Source of the DNA: a virus | UHGV virus genome: UHGV-0169486 | DNA length: 50,405 nt | Direction: 5' to 3' (one strand) | Shown here: piece by piece, positions 8,729 through 17,665 of the stretch | How the letters are laid out: every line of letters begins with the position of its first letter | Numbering within the stretch: the stretch's first letter is position 1 | Program-made: the position numbers and the translations under genes | The notes under the pieces: model-generated | What the model saw: only the letters and a program-made list of their open reading frames with translations | Databases searched by the model: none | What the model was told of the DNA's origin: nothing

Positions 8729-11700
8729 CCAGTATCCAAGTATTATCACGCCACCATTCGGCAGATTAACTCTAACACCGTTATTATTAAGAATTACGCG
8801 CCCGTCGCTCCTCGTCATGCTAAATGTTCCGCCGCCTTGAACAATAACACTACCTCTCACGGTAACGTTGTTAAATTCAGCTCTACCATCTTTATTAATC
8901 ATCCACCCTGCGGATCCTGACGCGTAGTTAGATGATTGTATCTGCTGTGCGATCTTAGCACTTGTGATTGTTGCGTCTTTGATCCATGCGTCGCGTATAT
9001 AGCAAGAGCCATTTTGAACGTAGAAAGGCGTTTGATATGTACCGTTTGCGGCAGTCATTAACACAAAGCGATCAACAAGGAAAATACACTGTGACTGAAA
9101 GTTAGTCCCGTCTCCAGTCAATCCAAGCGACATACCTGTAGCGTATTTCATGCCGTTGTTATCGGTGGCGAGCTTGATTGAATATGACGCATCAACGTTG
9201 CCTTTGAAATCGGTTAACGCTTTCGATGTTGTCTCGATCGCTGTTGTGTTCCCGTTAACGGTCACTTTCAGCTGATCAATTTTGGTTGATAATGCCTCGT
9301 CCGCCGTTGTCATGGCCTGCGACCATTCAGTGATGCTTGAGTTTACATCGTCGAAAGATGCCGATATTTGGACAAATTTTTCAGCACTTGATGCCTCGTG
9401 AGTAGCGAGCGCCGTTGATATATCTGTTATTTTTGCTGAAATATTTTCATTAATATTGGCTTCAAGTGATGCTATAGCTTCCGCGCGGGCCTGGGTTTCG
9501 TCCGCTATTGCTGTGTCGACCCTTGCTATTTCTGCTTTTGTTTTTGTCTGGCCTTTCCTGTATTTTGCCTCAATAACAGTGCTCATTTTACTTTGCGCTA
9601 TTGAGTTGTTGATAAGTGCAATCGAGGCGTTTTGCAGACTTGCTTTCGCCTGATCTATTTCGTCGCTGTTTTTATCAACCTCATTTTCAACAAGACCAAG
9701 CTCCGCACTGATACCTGATATTGCCTGAGCGCGCGCACTTGATTCGTCAGCGATAGCTTGATCCAGGCGGCTAACACTGGCATTTGTGCTATTTTCAAGC
9801 GTTGTTAAATCAGCTTTAACCTCTGTTATTGCGTCGCTTCTTGCCTGCATTTCATCTGATATTGCTTTATCGAGACGAGAAACGCTCGCATCAGTTTTGT
9901 TTTCCAGGCTGCTGATACTGGCGTTAACGTTGCTTATAGCCTCCGTTCTCGCCTGCGTTTCGGTTGCCATTGCTTTGTCTACTCGGGCTATTTCTCCTTT
10001 GATGTTTGAGTCCATCGTATTTATTTCGGCTGTGATGGTTTCCAGTGATTCCGCTGTCGCTTTTTTCTCCTCTGCGATAACGTTGTCGATGCGGTCAATC
10101 TGTGCCTTCGTTTCGTTGCGACCTTTCTTATATTGAGCGGTAAGAGTAACCCGCGTGTTAGTTTGAGCAAGCGAGTTATTGATCAGAGCAAGCGAAGCGT
10201 TTTGTAAACTTGCTTTTGTCTGTGCCAGTTCGTTGTTAACGTTTTCGTTTGATACCTCTAATGAGTCTATTCTTACCTCATGTTTGCCTATTCCATCGGC
10301 GTTTTCTTCGACTTTTTTATAAAGGTCTTCGGTGTCTTTTTTAAGTGTATCTGTGTCAGCTTTAAGGTCGTCGGTGGCTGCCTTAAGGTCGTCAGTAGCG
10401 GATTTAAGGTCGTTGGTCGCACTTTCTATAATATCAGTGCGATCGCCAAGATCTTTAATATCGCTAATCATCTCTTTGAATTGCTCTGATTCCATTACAT
10501 CCTTTGTAACGTAATCAGTGATTTCGTCAAAATCCTCTGTTGGCTTACCTGATGCCTCGACGAAATCAGACACACCAAAAGCATTACGAGTGCGAACATA
10601 AACGTAATAAGTGTGGCCCGTGTTCATGCCGCCAAAAGTCCACTGATAACCGCGCCCGGTAAACTGTGCCGACGTGGTTATTTTTGCCGGATCTGTGATC
10701 TGGTTTTCCCCTGCATAGTAGAATTCGTATGACGTATCGGTAGTAAGTGTGGTTTTGCTTATCGGGTACACGGTCGCCTGAAATACGCCGGGAACCCAAT
10801 TAACGCCGATCGGTGCTGCTGGCGCACCGATAACAAGGTCAACGATACTTTCTGCACCCTTCATGCCAGTATCATTTCTTCCGCGAACGCCTAAAGAATA
10901 CACGCCAGCTTCAATACCATAAAAATCATAACTATATTTCGTGGTTTCATAGCTTTTAACCACCGCACCATCTGCATTGTATATGCGGATCTCGAAGGTC
11001 ATGCGATGCGTAGTTGTCTGTGTTTCCCATGTAGCGCGGCATTGAACAGTCTCTGACGCAATGTTTATTACTTTCAGGTTTTCTATGTTCGGAACGCGGA
11101 AATGATTAAGCGTGTCGTTGTTGATTTCAAATATTGCGCCTTCATCGACTACCGCTTGTTTGTTCGGGTCGTGCTGCGCGGCCTCGATGGTGTACACGCT
11201 GTTGTTTTCAGTTTCGGCTACGCTGGTGATCCTGCATAAAACGGGTTTTGCTGCTTCGGTTGATACAGCAAAAACAGTCCCGTTCCGAATCCATGCCGGG
11301 GCCGCTGCCAGTGTGATTTTGTTCCCGTTAACACCAGTGATCTGATGTTTTTTAAATTTTCCATCGCTATCAAGAAGACTTATAGTGTCGCCAGCCGCAA
11401 TATATTCTGAATCGACCTTATCTACCGTTATCACTTTACCATTGTTCGCCACGATGCGACCGCCTAAGCGAGCGCCAGCGCGGTTATTGTCGAGGATCTC
11501 GATTATATCCCCTGGCGTAAAGTGAATTGCGTCACGCGCCATTTTAAACGTGAATTTTGACGGCTCGCGTTTTGCTGTTTCTATCAGCCATTTGCCCGCG
11601 CGGTGCGCTTGCCCGCGTGACGTACAGCCGAACGCCTCCATCGTGGTTTCGTTGTAACCATCGCGGGCGATTAGCTCATCATCTGCTACATACTCTTTTG

Positions 11701-12943
11701 ATTGCTCCCAGCCGTTTTCCGGGTCAGTCCAGGACACAATCACGGCGTTGTAGCATTCCGCGCGGGAGATACTCGATCGAGTGAACGCCCCGTCAACGAC
11801 GTTTGCGTTTGTAATGGTGGCGATCGGGTCTTGTGGTGCATCAATCATCACGGTGAGGCGTTGCCCGTCCCATAACGCGATGCCTCGGAACATCCCGGCG
11901 ATATTGTCCAGTAAGTCGCGGGCGCTCATCTGCTCCGTAATGTAAGCATTAAGCGTCATGCGAGGCTCAAGGCCGCCATAACCATCATCGACCAGCTGAT
12001 CGCAGTATTGAGAAAGCGTATATAATGCGCCGTCGTCAACGTCAATATAGCCAGCATGACGGGCAAGGCCGAAACGCCTGTTTTTAACCAGATAGCGGAA
12101 TATCCAGGCGGGGTTATTACTGTATGCCTGTTTGAATCCGCCAAGCCATAAACCGGAATAAGTGCGAGTTTCCGGGTTATAGTTATCAGGAACATCAACA
12201 ATCAGCCCGCGCAGGTGATAAGTGCGGGTAGGCGTGTCAGCGTACTGATCATGATCAATCACCGCGCCAGCTACAGCGGTGTGAGGATAAGACAAATTAT
12301 CGTCGATTATTTCGCTGTAACTACTCCATCTCGTATCATTCTGCAATAGATCGCTTGTGCTATCGGCTGTTACACGGCGAACGCGAATATCGAAAGGTCT
12401 TTCATTTGGAGCGTTAATGACATGAGATTCGAGATATTCGCCGCTCTGCTTACCCGGGCCGATGGTTACGCTTTTAGCCAGCGACCATGCCGAAAATGAG
12501 GATGGTTTAACTTCAATCGCCATCATTACGGATGTGTTATGTTGATTGCTTTGCTCGTCAGACTGCACAAGCGAATCCACGCCGATATTCAGGCGAACGC
12601 GGTTTACGTTAGGATCGGAAACAGTCCTGATTATTGGCGTGTCGTGAGTTACCTTAGCGTTAACAATAGTGGTTGATTCAATGCCGTTAAAACCGTTAAT
12701 CGGAGATTGATCTAACGTGCCGTTACGCCACGCCACACTAACACCATGAACGCTTGTATTTCCGTTTGCGTCAGTAACAGGCGTGTCATTAAGCATCACG
12801 CTATTTAATGGCGCTTTTGTATTGACAGGGCCATAAATCGGCCCTTCTGAAATAATATCGAGTACACGATAAAACTGTTTGTGATAAAGGTTATCGTTTA
12901 TTAATGTTGGTGTTTTTGCTTTACCACCGCCGCCGCTACTCAT
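8726..12943 (-). CDS. J: tail tip / central tail fiber protein (lambda J-like)
   Basis: N-terminal 400 aa recalled as similar to lambda J (ISEGPI, YHLRG, CTSRGQAHRAG); long coiled-coil middle; 1405 aa. Confidence 0.9.
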   Translation of the reverse strand: MSSGGGGKAKTPTLINDNLYHKQFYRVLDIISEGPIYGPVNTKAPLNSVMLNDTPVTDANGNTSVHGVSVAWRNGTLDQSPINGFNGIESTTIVNAKVTHDTPIIRTVSDPNVNRVRLNIGVDSLVQSDEQSNQHNTSVMMAIEVKPSSFSAWSLAKSVTIGPGKQSGEYLESHVINAPNERPFDIRVRRVTADSTSDLLQNDTRWSSYSEIIDDNLSYPHTAVAGAVIDHDQYADTPTRTYHLRGLIVDVPDNYNPETRTYSGLWLGGFKQAYSNNPAWIFRYLVKNRRFGLARHAGYIDVDDGALYTLSQYCDQLVDDGYGGLEPRMTLNAYITEQMSARDLLDNIAGMFRGIALWDGQRLTVMIDAPQDPIATITNANVVDGAFTRSSISRAECYNAVIVSWTDPENGWEQSKEYVADDELIARDGYNETTMEAFGCTSRGQAHRAGKWLIETAKREPSKFTFKMARDAIHFTPGDIIEILDNNRAGARLGGRIVANNGKVITVDKVDSEYIAAGDTISLLDSDGKFKKHQITGVNGNKITLAAAPAWIRNGTVFAVSTEAAKPVLCRITSVAETENNSVYTIEAAQHDPNKQAVVDEGAIFEINNDTLNHFRVPNIENLKVINIASETVQCRATWETQTTTHRMTFEIRIYNADGAVVKSYETTKYSYDFYGIEAGVYSLGVRGRNDTGMKGAESIVDLVIGAPAAPIGVNWVPGVFQATVYPISKTTLTTDTSYEFYYAGENQITDPAKITTSAQFTGRGYQWTFGGMNTGHTYYVYVRTRNAFGVSDFVEASGKPTEDFDEITDYVTKDVMESEQFKEMISDIKDLGDRTDIIESATNDLKSATDDLKAATDDLKADTDTLKKDTEDLYKKVEENADGIGKHEVRIDSLEVSNENVNNELAQTKASLQNASLALINNSLAQTNTRVTLTAQYKKGRNETKAQIDRIDNVIAEEKKATAESLETITAEINTMDSNIKGEIARVDKAMATETQARTEAISNVNASISSLENKTDASVSRLDKAISDEMQARSDAITEVKADLTTLENSTNASVSRLDQAIADESSARAQAISGISAELGLVENEVDKNSDEIDQAKASLQNASIALINNSIAQSKMSTVIEAKYRKGQTKTKAEIARVDTAIADETQARAEAIASLEANINENISAKITDISTALATHEASSAEKFVQISASFDDVNSSITEWSQAMTTADEALSTKIDQLKVTVNGNTTAIETTSKALTDFKGNVDASYSIKLATDNNGMKYATGMSLGLTGDGTNFQSQCIFLVDRFVLMTAANGTYQTPFYVQNGSCYIRDAWIKDATITSAKIAQQIQSSNYASGSAGWMINKDGRAEFNNVTVRGSVIVQGGGTFSMTRSDGRVILNNNGVRVNLPNGGVIILGYW
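9520..10240 (-). repeat. internal duplicated coiled-coil module within J gene
   Basis: Two protein segments KASLQNAS[LI]ALINNS[LI]AQ...AKY[KR]KG...TKA[QE]I about 185 aa apart, with matching nucleotide segments near 9540-9660 and 10100-10240; boundaries approximate. Confidence 0.5.
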
Positions 12944-12957
12944 GGTTGATTCTCCTG

Positions 12958-13488
12958 TTAACTTACAACGTCTAAGGCGTCTTTATTGTTGGTTGTGTCT
13001 ATACCTAACGATCCGACGTTTGAACCAACTTTCATTTCACCCAATAAGATAGGAACTGGTCTTCCCTGGCCCACCCTGTTTTCTACACTGGTGTAAGAAT
13101 TGTTTGTGATGGTGTTATCCTGTGCGCTTTCAGACGATGTTTTCACTTTCATGTTGCGAGACATAAAAATAGAAAAAGCGACACTGACAACTGATATCCC
13201 AATCATAATCCAGCCGATCACGCCAATACCTGCAATACCACCTTCGACTATTGGCGCAATAATAACCGTAGTTCCATCTGGATATTTGCTATTGACCGCC
13301 GCTGGCGCGGTTTTTTCGTCGTAATCTTTCCCGGCAATTCGTAAGCGCAAAGGAGTGTTTAAAAATGCCTTTTTGAATTCCTGATTCTGCGCCGTCAATA
13401 AGCGAAGTCCTTGCGCTGGCGTTTCAACGTTTAAACACACTTTGCTGTAATATCTTCGAAGATTGCCCGTAAATCTAAATTTGAGCAT
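12958..13488 (-). CDS. I: tail assembly protein (lambda I-like)
   Basis: Position after K; hydrophobic Gly-rich middle and C-terminal GEMKVGS similar to lambda gpI GEMRVGS. Confidence 0.7.
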   Translation of the reverse strand: MLKFRFTGNLRRYYSKVCLNVETPAQGLRLLTAQNQEFKKAFLNTPLRLRIAGKDYDEKTAPAAVNSKYPDGTTVIIAPIVEGGIAGIGVIGWIMIGISVVSVAFSIFMSRNMKVKTSSESAQDNTITNNSYTSVENRVGQGRPVPILLGEMKVGSNVGSLGIDTTNNKDALDVVS

Positions 13489-14237
13489 TTATCAGATCTC
13501 CATATTGAATGCGTTTGTCGAACATAAGCAGGCCGCATTTGCTCGCGGCGGCTTAATAGTCCGGCATGGTCATGATGCAAAACCGTGTTATCACCCAGGT
13601 AAATCATTGCGTGGCATGGATCCGCACCTTTAAACGGCTGTCTGATGATTACGTCACCTGGCTGGATGCTTTGCGCATCAACCTGATAAAACCCGTTTTG
13701 CGGCAAGTTTTTTAAATACAGGTTTTCACCGCGCAGCCACCAGCCATCAAGGCGCTCGAAGTCCGGCAGGTCTACACCACAAAGGTGATAGGCGTCACGG
13801 AAAAGCGCGTAGCAGTCAGTTACCCCGTGCACAAACTTACGGCCTAGCAGGTGCGCCACCGGGCGAAATTTTCTTATCTTGCCGCCGGAATATAAAAACC
13901 ACGGCAGACCGGAAATAACCTGCTGTTGTCGATCCCGCGCAGACAATACCGAAATATCATCAACGTGGGAGTGGAAAACGGCGGTTATAACGCCCAATTC
14001 GTCCGCTTTGATGTAATCGTCCGGCGAAATCTTGAAGCTGTTGTGAGGCGTTTCAGACACGTTAGCGCACGGGTAAAAATACTCGTTATCTATTACAAGT
14101 CCGCAAACTTCCTCAAACGGATGCGCGGCGGCATAACGCGACATTTTGTCTTCCATCCCCATGATTAACCTACCTTGCTGGAACCAGGGAAACAGGAGAT
14201 CGGCAGTGCTGCCGGGCGCGGGAAACGCAAACGGCAA
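13431..14237 (-). CDS. K: tail assembly protein K (MPN/JAMM plus NlpC/P60 domains)
   Basis: JAMM motif HSHVDDISVLSARD and NlpC/P60 Cys in TDCYAL; position between L and I. Confidence 0.85.
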   Translation of the reverse strand: MPFAFPAPGSTADLLFPWFQQGRLIMGMEDKMSRYAAAHPFEEVCGLVIDNEYFYPCANVSETPHNSFKISPDDYIKADELGVITAVFHSHVDDISVLSARDRQQQVISGLPWFLYSGGKIRKFRPVAHLLGRKFVHGVTDCYALFRDAYHLCGVDLPDFERLDGWWLRGENLYLKNLPQNGFYQVDAQSIQPGDVIIRQPFKGADPCHAMIYLGDNTVLHHDHAGLLSRREQMRPAYVRQTHSIWRSDKCSNLDLRAIFEDITAKCV

Positions 14238-14869
14238 CCGCTAAGGCGGTGACTGCACTTGTCTAACGTTGGGTCACTTGTTGGTGAATCTTTATCCGTT
14301 GCGACCGGGCCGCCAGAATACATGCACCCGTCGCCTCTGTATTGCCACTGGCAAACGTCAGCAAGGATGGTGCGCCCAGGAATAACAGCCTTATCTGCAT
14401 CAATTGGCGTTGACAGTTCATATTGCACCTGATCCGCTGTTTCTTCGCTCATGGACTCCACGACGTAAAAAGACACAGCTTCAATAGATGGATCTGCGTC
14501 GGGGTTTCCGTTAGGGAAGTTAACAGCGTCAAGATATTTCACCTCCACCTGGCGGCGCGTAACCTTCATGCCTCTTAGGTCGTTGAAATCGTTATTCATC
14601 CCCGTAATTAGCCCGCCGATGTTGGCTACAACCATTTGAGGGCGCGAATAAACGCCTTCGTTTTTCATTTCGAAGCCAGTAGCCTCGATGGGGTAACTGT
14701 TGTAAGCCGCCCCCTTCCAGATAACCGGGCCGTAATAGCCGTTTGCGCCGGAATGGAAGCGGATAACCTCGCCACCCAGGGGCGTAAGGTCCAGTTCGAA
14801 CAAGTCAATTACCGCGCCGACTCCGGCATCGACGGAATCAATAATCATCTCTGTAGGTATATTGCGCAT
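14165..14869 (-). CDS. L: minor tail protein L
   Basis: Recalled similarity to lambda L (YLDAVNFPNGN, CQWQYRGDGC, DKCSHRLSGC). Confidence 0.85.
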   Translation of the reverse strand: MRNIPTEMIIDSVDAGVGAVIDLFELDLTPLGGEVIRFHSGANGYYGPVIWKGAAYNSYPIEATGFEMKNEGVYSRPQMVVANIGGLITGMNNDFNDLRGMKVTRRQVEVKYLDAVNFPNGNPDADPSIEAVSFYVVESMSEETADQVQYELSTPIDADKAVIPGRTILADVCQWQYRGDGCMYSGGPVATDKDSPTSDPTLDKCSHRLSGCRLRFPRPAALPISCFPGSSKVG

Positions 14870-14923
14870 TTTCTCACCTTGTCATTTTGTGATCTGCATC
14901 ACGCAAGATCATGCCAAAATGGA

Positions 14924-14952
14924 TTGATCCATATTTTTACAATATGTATATT
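14924..14952 (+). promoter_or_regulatory. sigma70-like promoter for plus-strand gene island A
   Basis: TTGATC - 17 nt - TATATT; overlaps conserved 14-mer TTTACAATATGTAT. Confidence 0.4.
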
Positions 14953-15216
14953 TTACTCAAACGAAGGGGAGTCAACAAAATGGCACAACTTTGAACAAGG
15001 TAGAACACTATGAGACCCGCAAAATACGCAGAGAAAGTTTTTGTTGAAGTGAAAGGCGACATGAAAAAATTTATGGATGTTCTTATCAAAGAGATGGGAA
15101 AACCGTTCCATATAGCCGAACGTCAGTATTACGCTTGCAAGGCTAATAGCTACAACAGATACGCATGACAATAAACACAAAGGTAACACCATGCAAAATA
15201 TCGTCTCGATGTATGG

Positions 15217-15543
15217 ATGGCAGGAAGTAAGGATTGGGAAGGTTACGGCTTGTATGATAGTCACGAAATGGCGATCGAGGAAGGTGAAAAACTTGTTCGA
15301 TTCTTCGGACGCGCCAGGGAATTTAAAATCATTCCAGTACAAATAGCGGATAAGGTGGAAGATATGAACCCGAAAGATATTAATGTTAACTTCAATGTTA
15401 ATTTTGCCAACTCTATGGATCAGGCTTGTCCTAGTGAAATACACGTAAAAGGTTTCCCGGCAGATGATCCGCAAGCAAAACGTGAATACGAAAAAGCGGC
15501 AAAAGATTTCTGTATCGACAACCTGGGAGCGTTCGGCAAATAA
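15217..15543 (+). CDS. hypothetical acidic protein (island A)
   Basis: ORF track; protein-like composition unlike the overlapping 224-aa antisense ORF; weak RBS. Confidence 0.4.
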   Translation: MAGSKDWEGYGLYDSHEMAIEEGEKLVRFFGRAREFKIIPVQIADKVEDMNPKDINVNFNVNFANSMDQACPSEIHVKGFPADDPQAKREYEKAAKDFCIDNLGAFGK

Positions 15544-15552
15544 GGTGGCAAT

Positions 15553-15801
15553 ATGACGCGGCGCAATCACGGTGACTATGTGTACACGTTGAAACAGGCC
15601 GCCCGCCTTATCGGTTATCATGAGCACGAATTTATTGATTTGCTGATTGAGCGCGGGGTTTTGTACCAGGTCTGTTTAACGCTGTACCCAAAAGCGAAAT
15701 ACCTACAGGAAAAGTTATTCATCATCATGACGGATGAAAACCAGGTAAACCATTCATTCGTCACTGATAAGGGATTGACATATTTGAAGGGGGCGTTATG
15801 A
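15553..15801 (+). CDS. hypothetical HTH-like small protein (island A)
   Basis: ORF track; AAGGTGG RBS; segment YTLKQAARLIGYHEHEFIDLLIERGVLY resembles a DNA-binding HTH. Confidence 0.5.
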   Translation: MTRRNHGDYVYTLKQAARLIGYHEHEFIDLLIERGVLYQVCLTLYPKAKYLQEKLFIIMTDENQVNHSFVTDKGLTYLKGAL

Positions 15802-15870
15802 GATGTGCGAACATTACGTTCTGGAGGTGATTATTATCATTATTGGATTGTTATGCATTCTGCTATCGAC

Positions 15871-15900
15871 ACTATAAACCCCGCTTCGCGCGGGGTCGTG
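15871..15900. terminator. hairpin terminator between island A and the convergent minus-strand gene
   Basis: CCCCGC-ttcgc-GCGGGG hairpin with flanking T-rich runs on both strands. Confidence 0.45.
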
Positions 15901-15901
15901 T

Positions 15902-16087
15902 TTATACCCTATCAACCAAAAATAAAACTCCCCTTCCCTCTCTCGACCTGCACCCAACATACCCGTCACCAACGTCATGAAGATACCAGATCTCGCCATT
16001 GTCATCCTTTACGGTAAGATCTTTGATTTCATAGTCGTCAAATAATGTAAAAGCGCCCGTGCGGTCAACTACACAAATAGCATACAT
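15902..16087 (-). CDS. hypothetical protein downstream of M
   Basis: ORF track (15902..16129); ATG 16087 with GGAGAAG RBS. Confidence 0.4.
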   Translation of the reverse strand: MYAICVVDRTGAFTLFDDYEIKDLTVKDDNGEIWYLHDVGDGYVGCRSREGRGVLFLVDRV

Positions 16088-16100
16088 ATTGACTTCTCCA

Positions 16101-16454
16101 TTAATTGATAACTTGTTCAAACGTTGCATTCAGAGTGCATACCGGGCCGTCTTTCGCCATGCTCCACTTTCGGCATACAAAAAGCCTTTTCACTCCGTCT
16201 GTAGATGGCGTCCAGTAAAACGCCTCGACCGCGCAACGTGCTCTTAAAAATGCGTCAACCTGGAGCGCCACGTTTCCGGCGTCACCGCATCCGGCGCTCG
16301 TACCTTTAAAGACCAGCGTATAGCTGTCAAGTAGTGGATTAATCCCTTTTGTCTGGCGCTGTTCATAGCCATCGCCCAGCTTGATAACGGACACGTTAGG
16401 CTCACTGTTTACGCTGTAGCTTCTCTGTGGTGTCCATCTGAACACTTCCGGCAT
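16101..16454 (-). CDS. M: minor tail protein M
   Basis: Recalled similarity to lambda M (FRW..., GDGY.QR, FEQV.N C-terminus); GGAGG RBS. Confidence 0.8.
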   Translation of the reverse strand: MPEVFRWTPQRSYSVNSEPNVSVIKLGDGYEQRQTKGINPLLDSYTLVFKGTSAGCGDAGNVALQVDAFLRARCAVEAFYWTPSTDGVKRLFVCRKWSMAKDGPVCTLNATFEQVIN

Positions 16455-16624
16455 ACCCCCTCCTGTAAGTTACATTTTGTATATATCTTTACGCACTTCT
16501 ACGCGAAAAATGAGATATTCGACACAAGAATTATAGCCAATTTACAATATGTATTCACACACGAAGCAACAAGCTGTATACAGGAAGCAAGAAGAAAAGC
16601 GGTACCAGCAAGTGAGGCCCAAAA

Positions 16625-16780
16625 ATGAGTAGCTATGTAGTAGTGATGCTAAACAACGCATTCGAGCAAGTGGAAGTAGCAATTGTTAAGGGTTTCGACG
16701 ACGCATTCAAATACGGTCAATTCATGATGAACGCGAAGAATGATGAATACCGGGATTTCTTCCTGAGGGCGCTTAACTAA
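16625..16780 (+). CDS. hypothetical small protein (51 aa, island B)
   Basis: Own translation MSSYVVVMLNNAFEQVEVAIVKGFDDAFKYGQFMMNAKNDEYRDFFLRALN; GTGAGG RBS. Confidence 0.3.
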   Translation: MSSYVVVMLNNAFEQVEVAIVKGFDDAFKYGQFMMNAKNDEYRDFFLRALN

Positions 16781-16790
16781 GGACGATGGG

Positions 16791-17051
16791 GTGAGTTATG
16801 AAACTGGTAACTATCGAAAAAACCTGAAAGCACAAAAGAATGCACAGGAACGGGTAATCAAGAAAGGCAAGAAGTTGCTTAACGCCTTCCTGAAAAAAGA
16901 AGCCCGCCCCAAAAAATTACGTGATGGTTATGGCTTTAAATTCGATATCAATCCTGACTGGCGGCTGTTCAGTGAAGATTTGAATATTTGGTTAATTATC
17001 GATCACCTGGAATACAACTGTCATTGCGGAGTGAAAGGCGCTCATAAGTGA
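16791..17051 (+). CDS. hypothetical basic protein (island B)
   Basis: ORF track; GTG start with AGGA RBS; Lys-rich. Confidence 0.4.
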   Translation: MSYETGNYRKNLKAQKNAQERVIKKGKKLLNAFLKKEARPKKLRDGYGFKFDINPDWRLFSEDLNIWLIIDHLEYNCHCGVKGAHK

Positions 17052-17160
17052 GGTGGAATATGGAGGAGGAGAAATATACCTAGCGGGAGATCTGGAACAT
17101 CTGGTTAGTGATGTTCGGCAGGGGTTACGTCGCACGTAACGGAAGATTATAGGAGGAAAA

Positions 17161-17346
17161 ATGATTATTGACGAAACAGAGTTATGTTACGGAGTTAGGT
17201 TAGATCTTGATGAGGATGGTCGGCTGTGGATAACCGAACTTATGGGGACTGAAACCATAGTAATTGAAAAATCGCAGGCAACACAACTTATCGCCGGGCT
17301 GCAAAAATTTGTAGATGGCACATTTGAGAACGATCGGGAGGATTAA
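17161..17346 (+). CDS. hypothetical acidic small protein (island B)
   Basis: ORF track; strong AGGAGG RBS. Confidence 0.5.
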   Translation: MIIDETELCYGVRLDLDEDGRLWITELMGTETIVIEKSQATQLIAGLQKFVDGTFENDRED

Positions 17347-17348
17347 CG

Positions 17349-17636
17349 ATGGATTTAACCGTTATTGGTCACGCACTGGCTGCGGCGACTATACAGGTTG
17401 TTATCGGCCTGCTTACTGGTGATTATCTCACTGGCGGCCTGATTGGATGTACATTCTTTTTTGCGCGGGAACACACACAGGCTGAATATCGTTACATAGC
17501 GGAATTTTGCGGAGGGAAACGAGAAAGAATGCCGTGGTATGGTGGTTTTTTACCAAAAGCATGGAATATGGCTAGCGTTTGCGACTTCGCCGCGCCCGCA
17601 TTCCTGTGCTGTTTAATTTATATCCTTACCATGTAA
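17349..17636 (+). CDS. hypothetical membrane protein (island B)
   Basis: ORF track; GGGAGGA RBS; hydrophobic N- and C-terminal segments; followed by terminator. Confidence 0.5.
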   Translation: MDLTVIGHALAAATIQVVIGLLTGDYLTGGLIGCTFFFAREHTQAEYRYIAEFCGGKRERMPWYGGFLPKAWNMASVCDFAAPAFLCCLIYILTM

Positions 17637-17640
17637 AATA

Positions 17641-17661
17641 AAGGCCGCTTATAGCGGCCTT
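17641..17661. terminator. bidirectional rho-independent terminator between tape measure gene and island B
   Basis: Hairpin AAGGCCGCT-tat-AGCGGCCTT with flanking T-rich runs on both strands. Confidence 0.65.
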
Positions 17662-17665
17662 AGTG

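Noticed and set aside
9456-13324. Plus-strand ORFs inside J and I (for example 9456-9653, 9786-10136, 10280-10514, 11112-11345, 11557-11784, 13100-13324)
   Set aside because: Embedded antisense frames within the clearly coding J-like and I-like genes; Ser/Ala/Leu/Val-rich low-complexity products.
14953-15627. 224-aa minus-strand ORF spanning island A
   Set aside because: Phe/Cys/Ile-rich low-complexity translation and no RBS; looks like the antisense shadow of the plus-strand island genes in AT-rich DNA. Kept as an alternative only.
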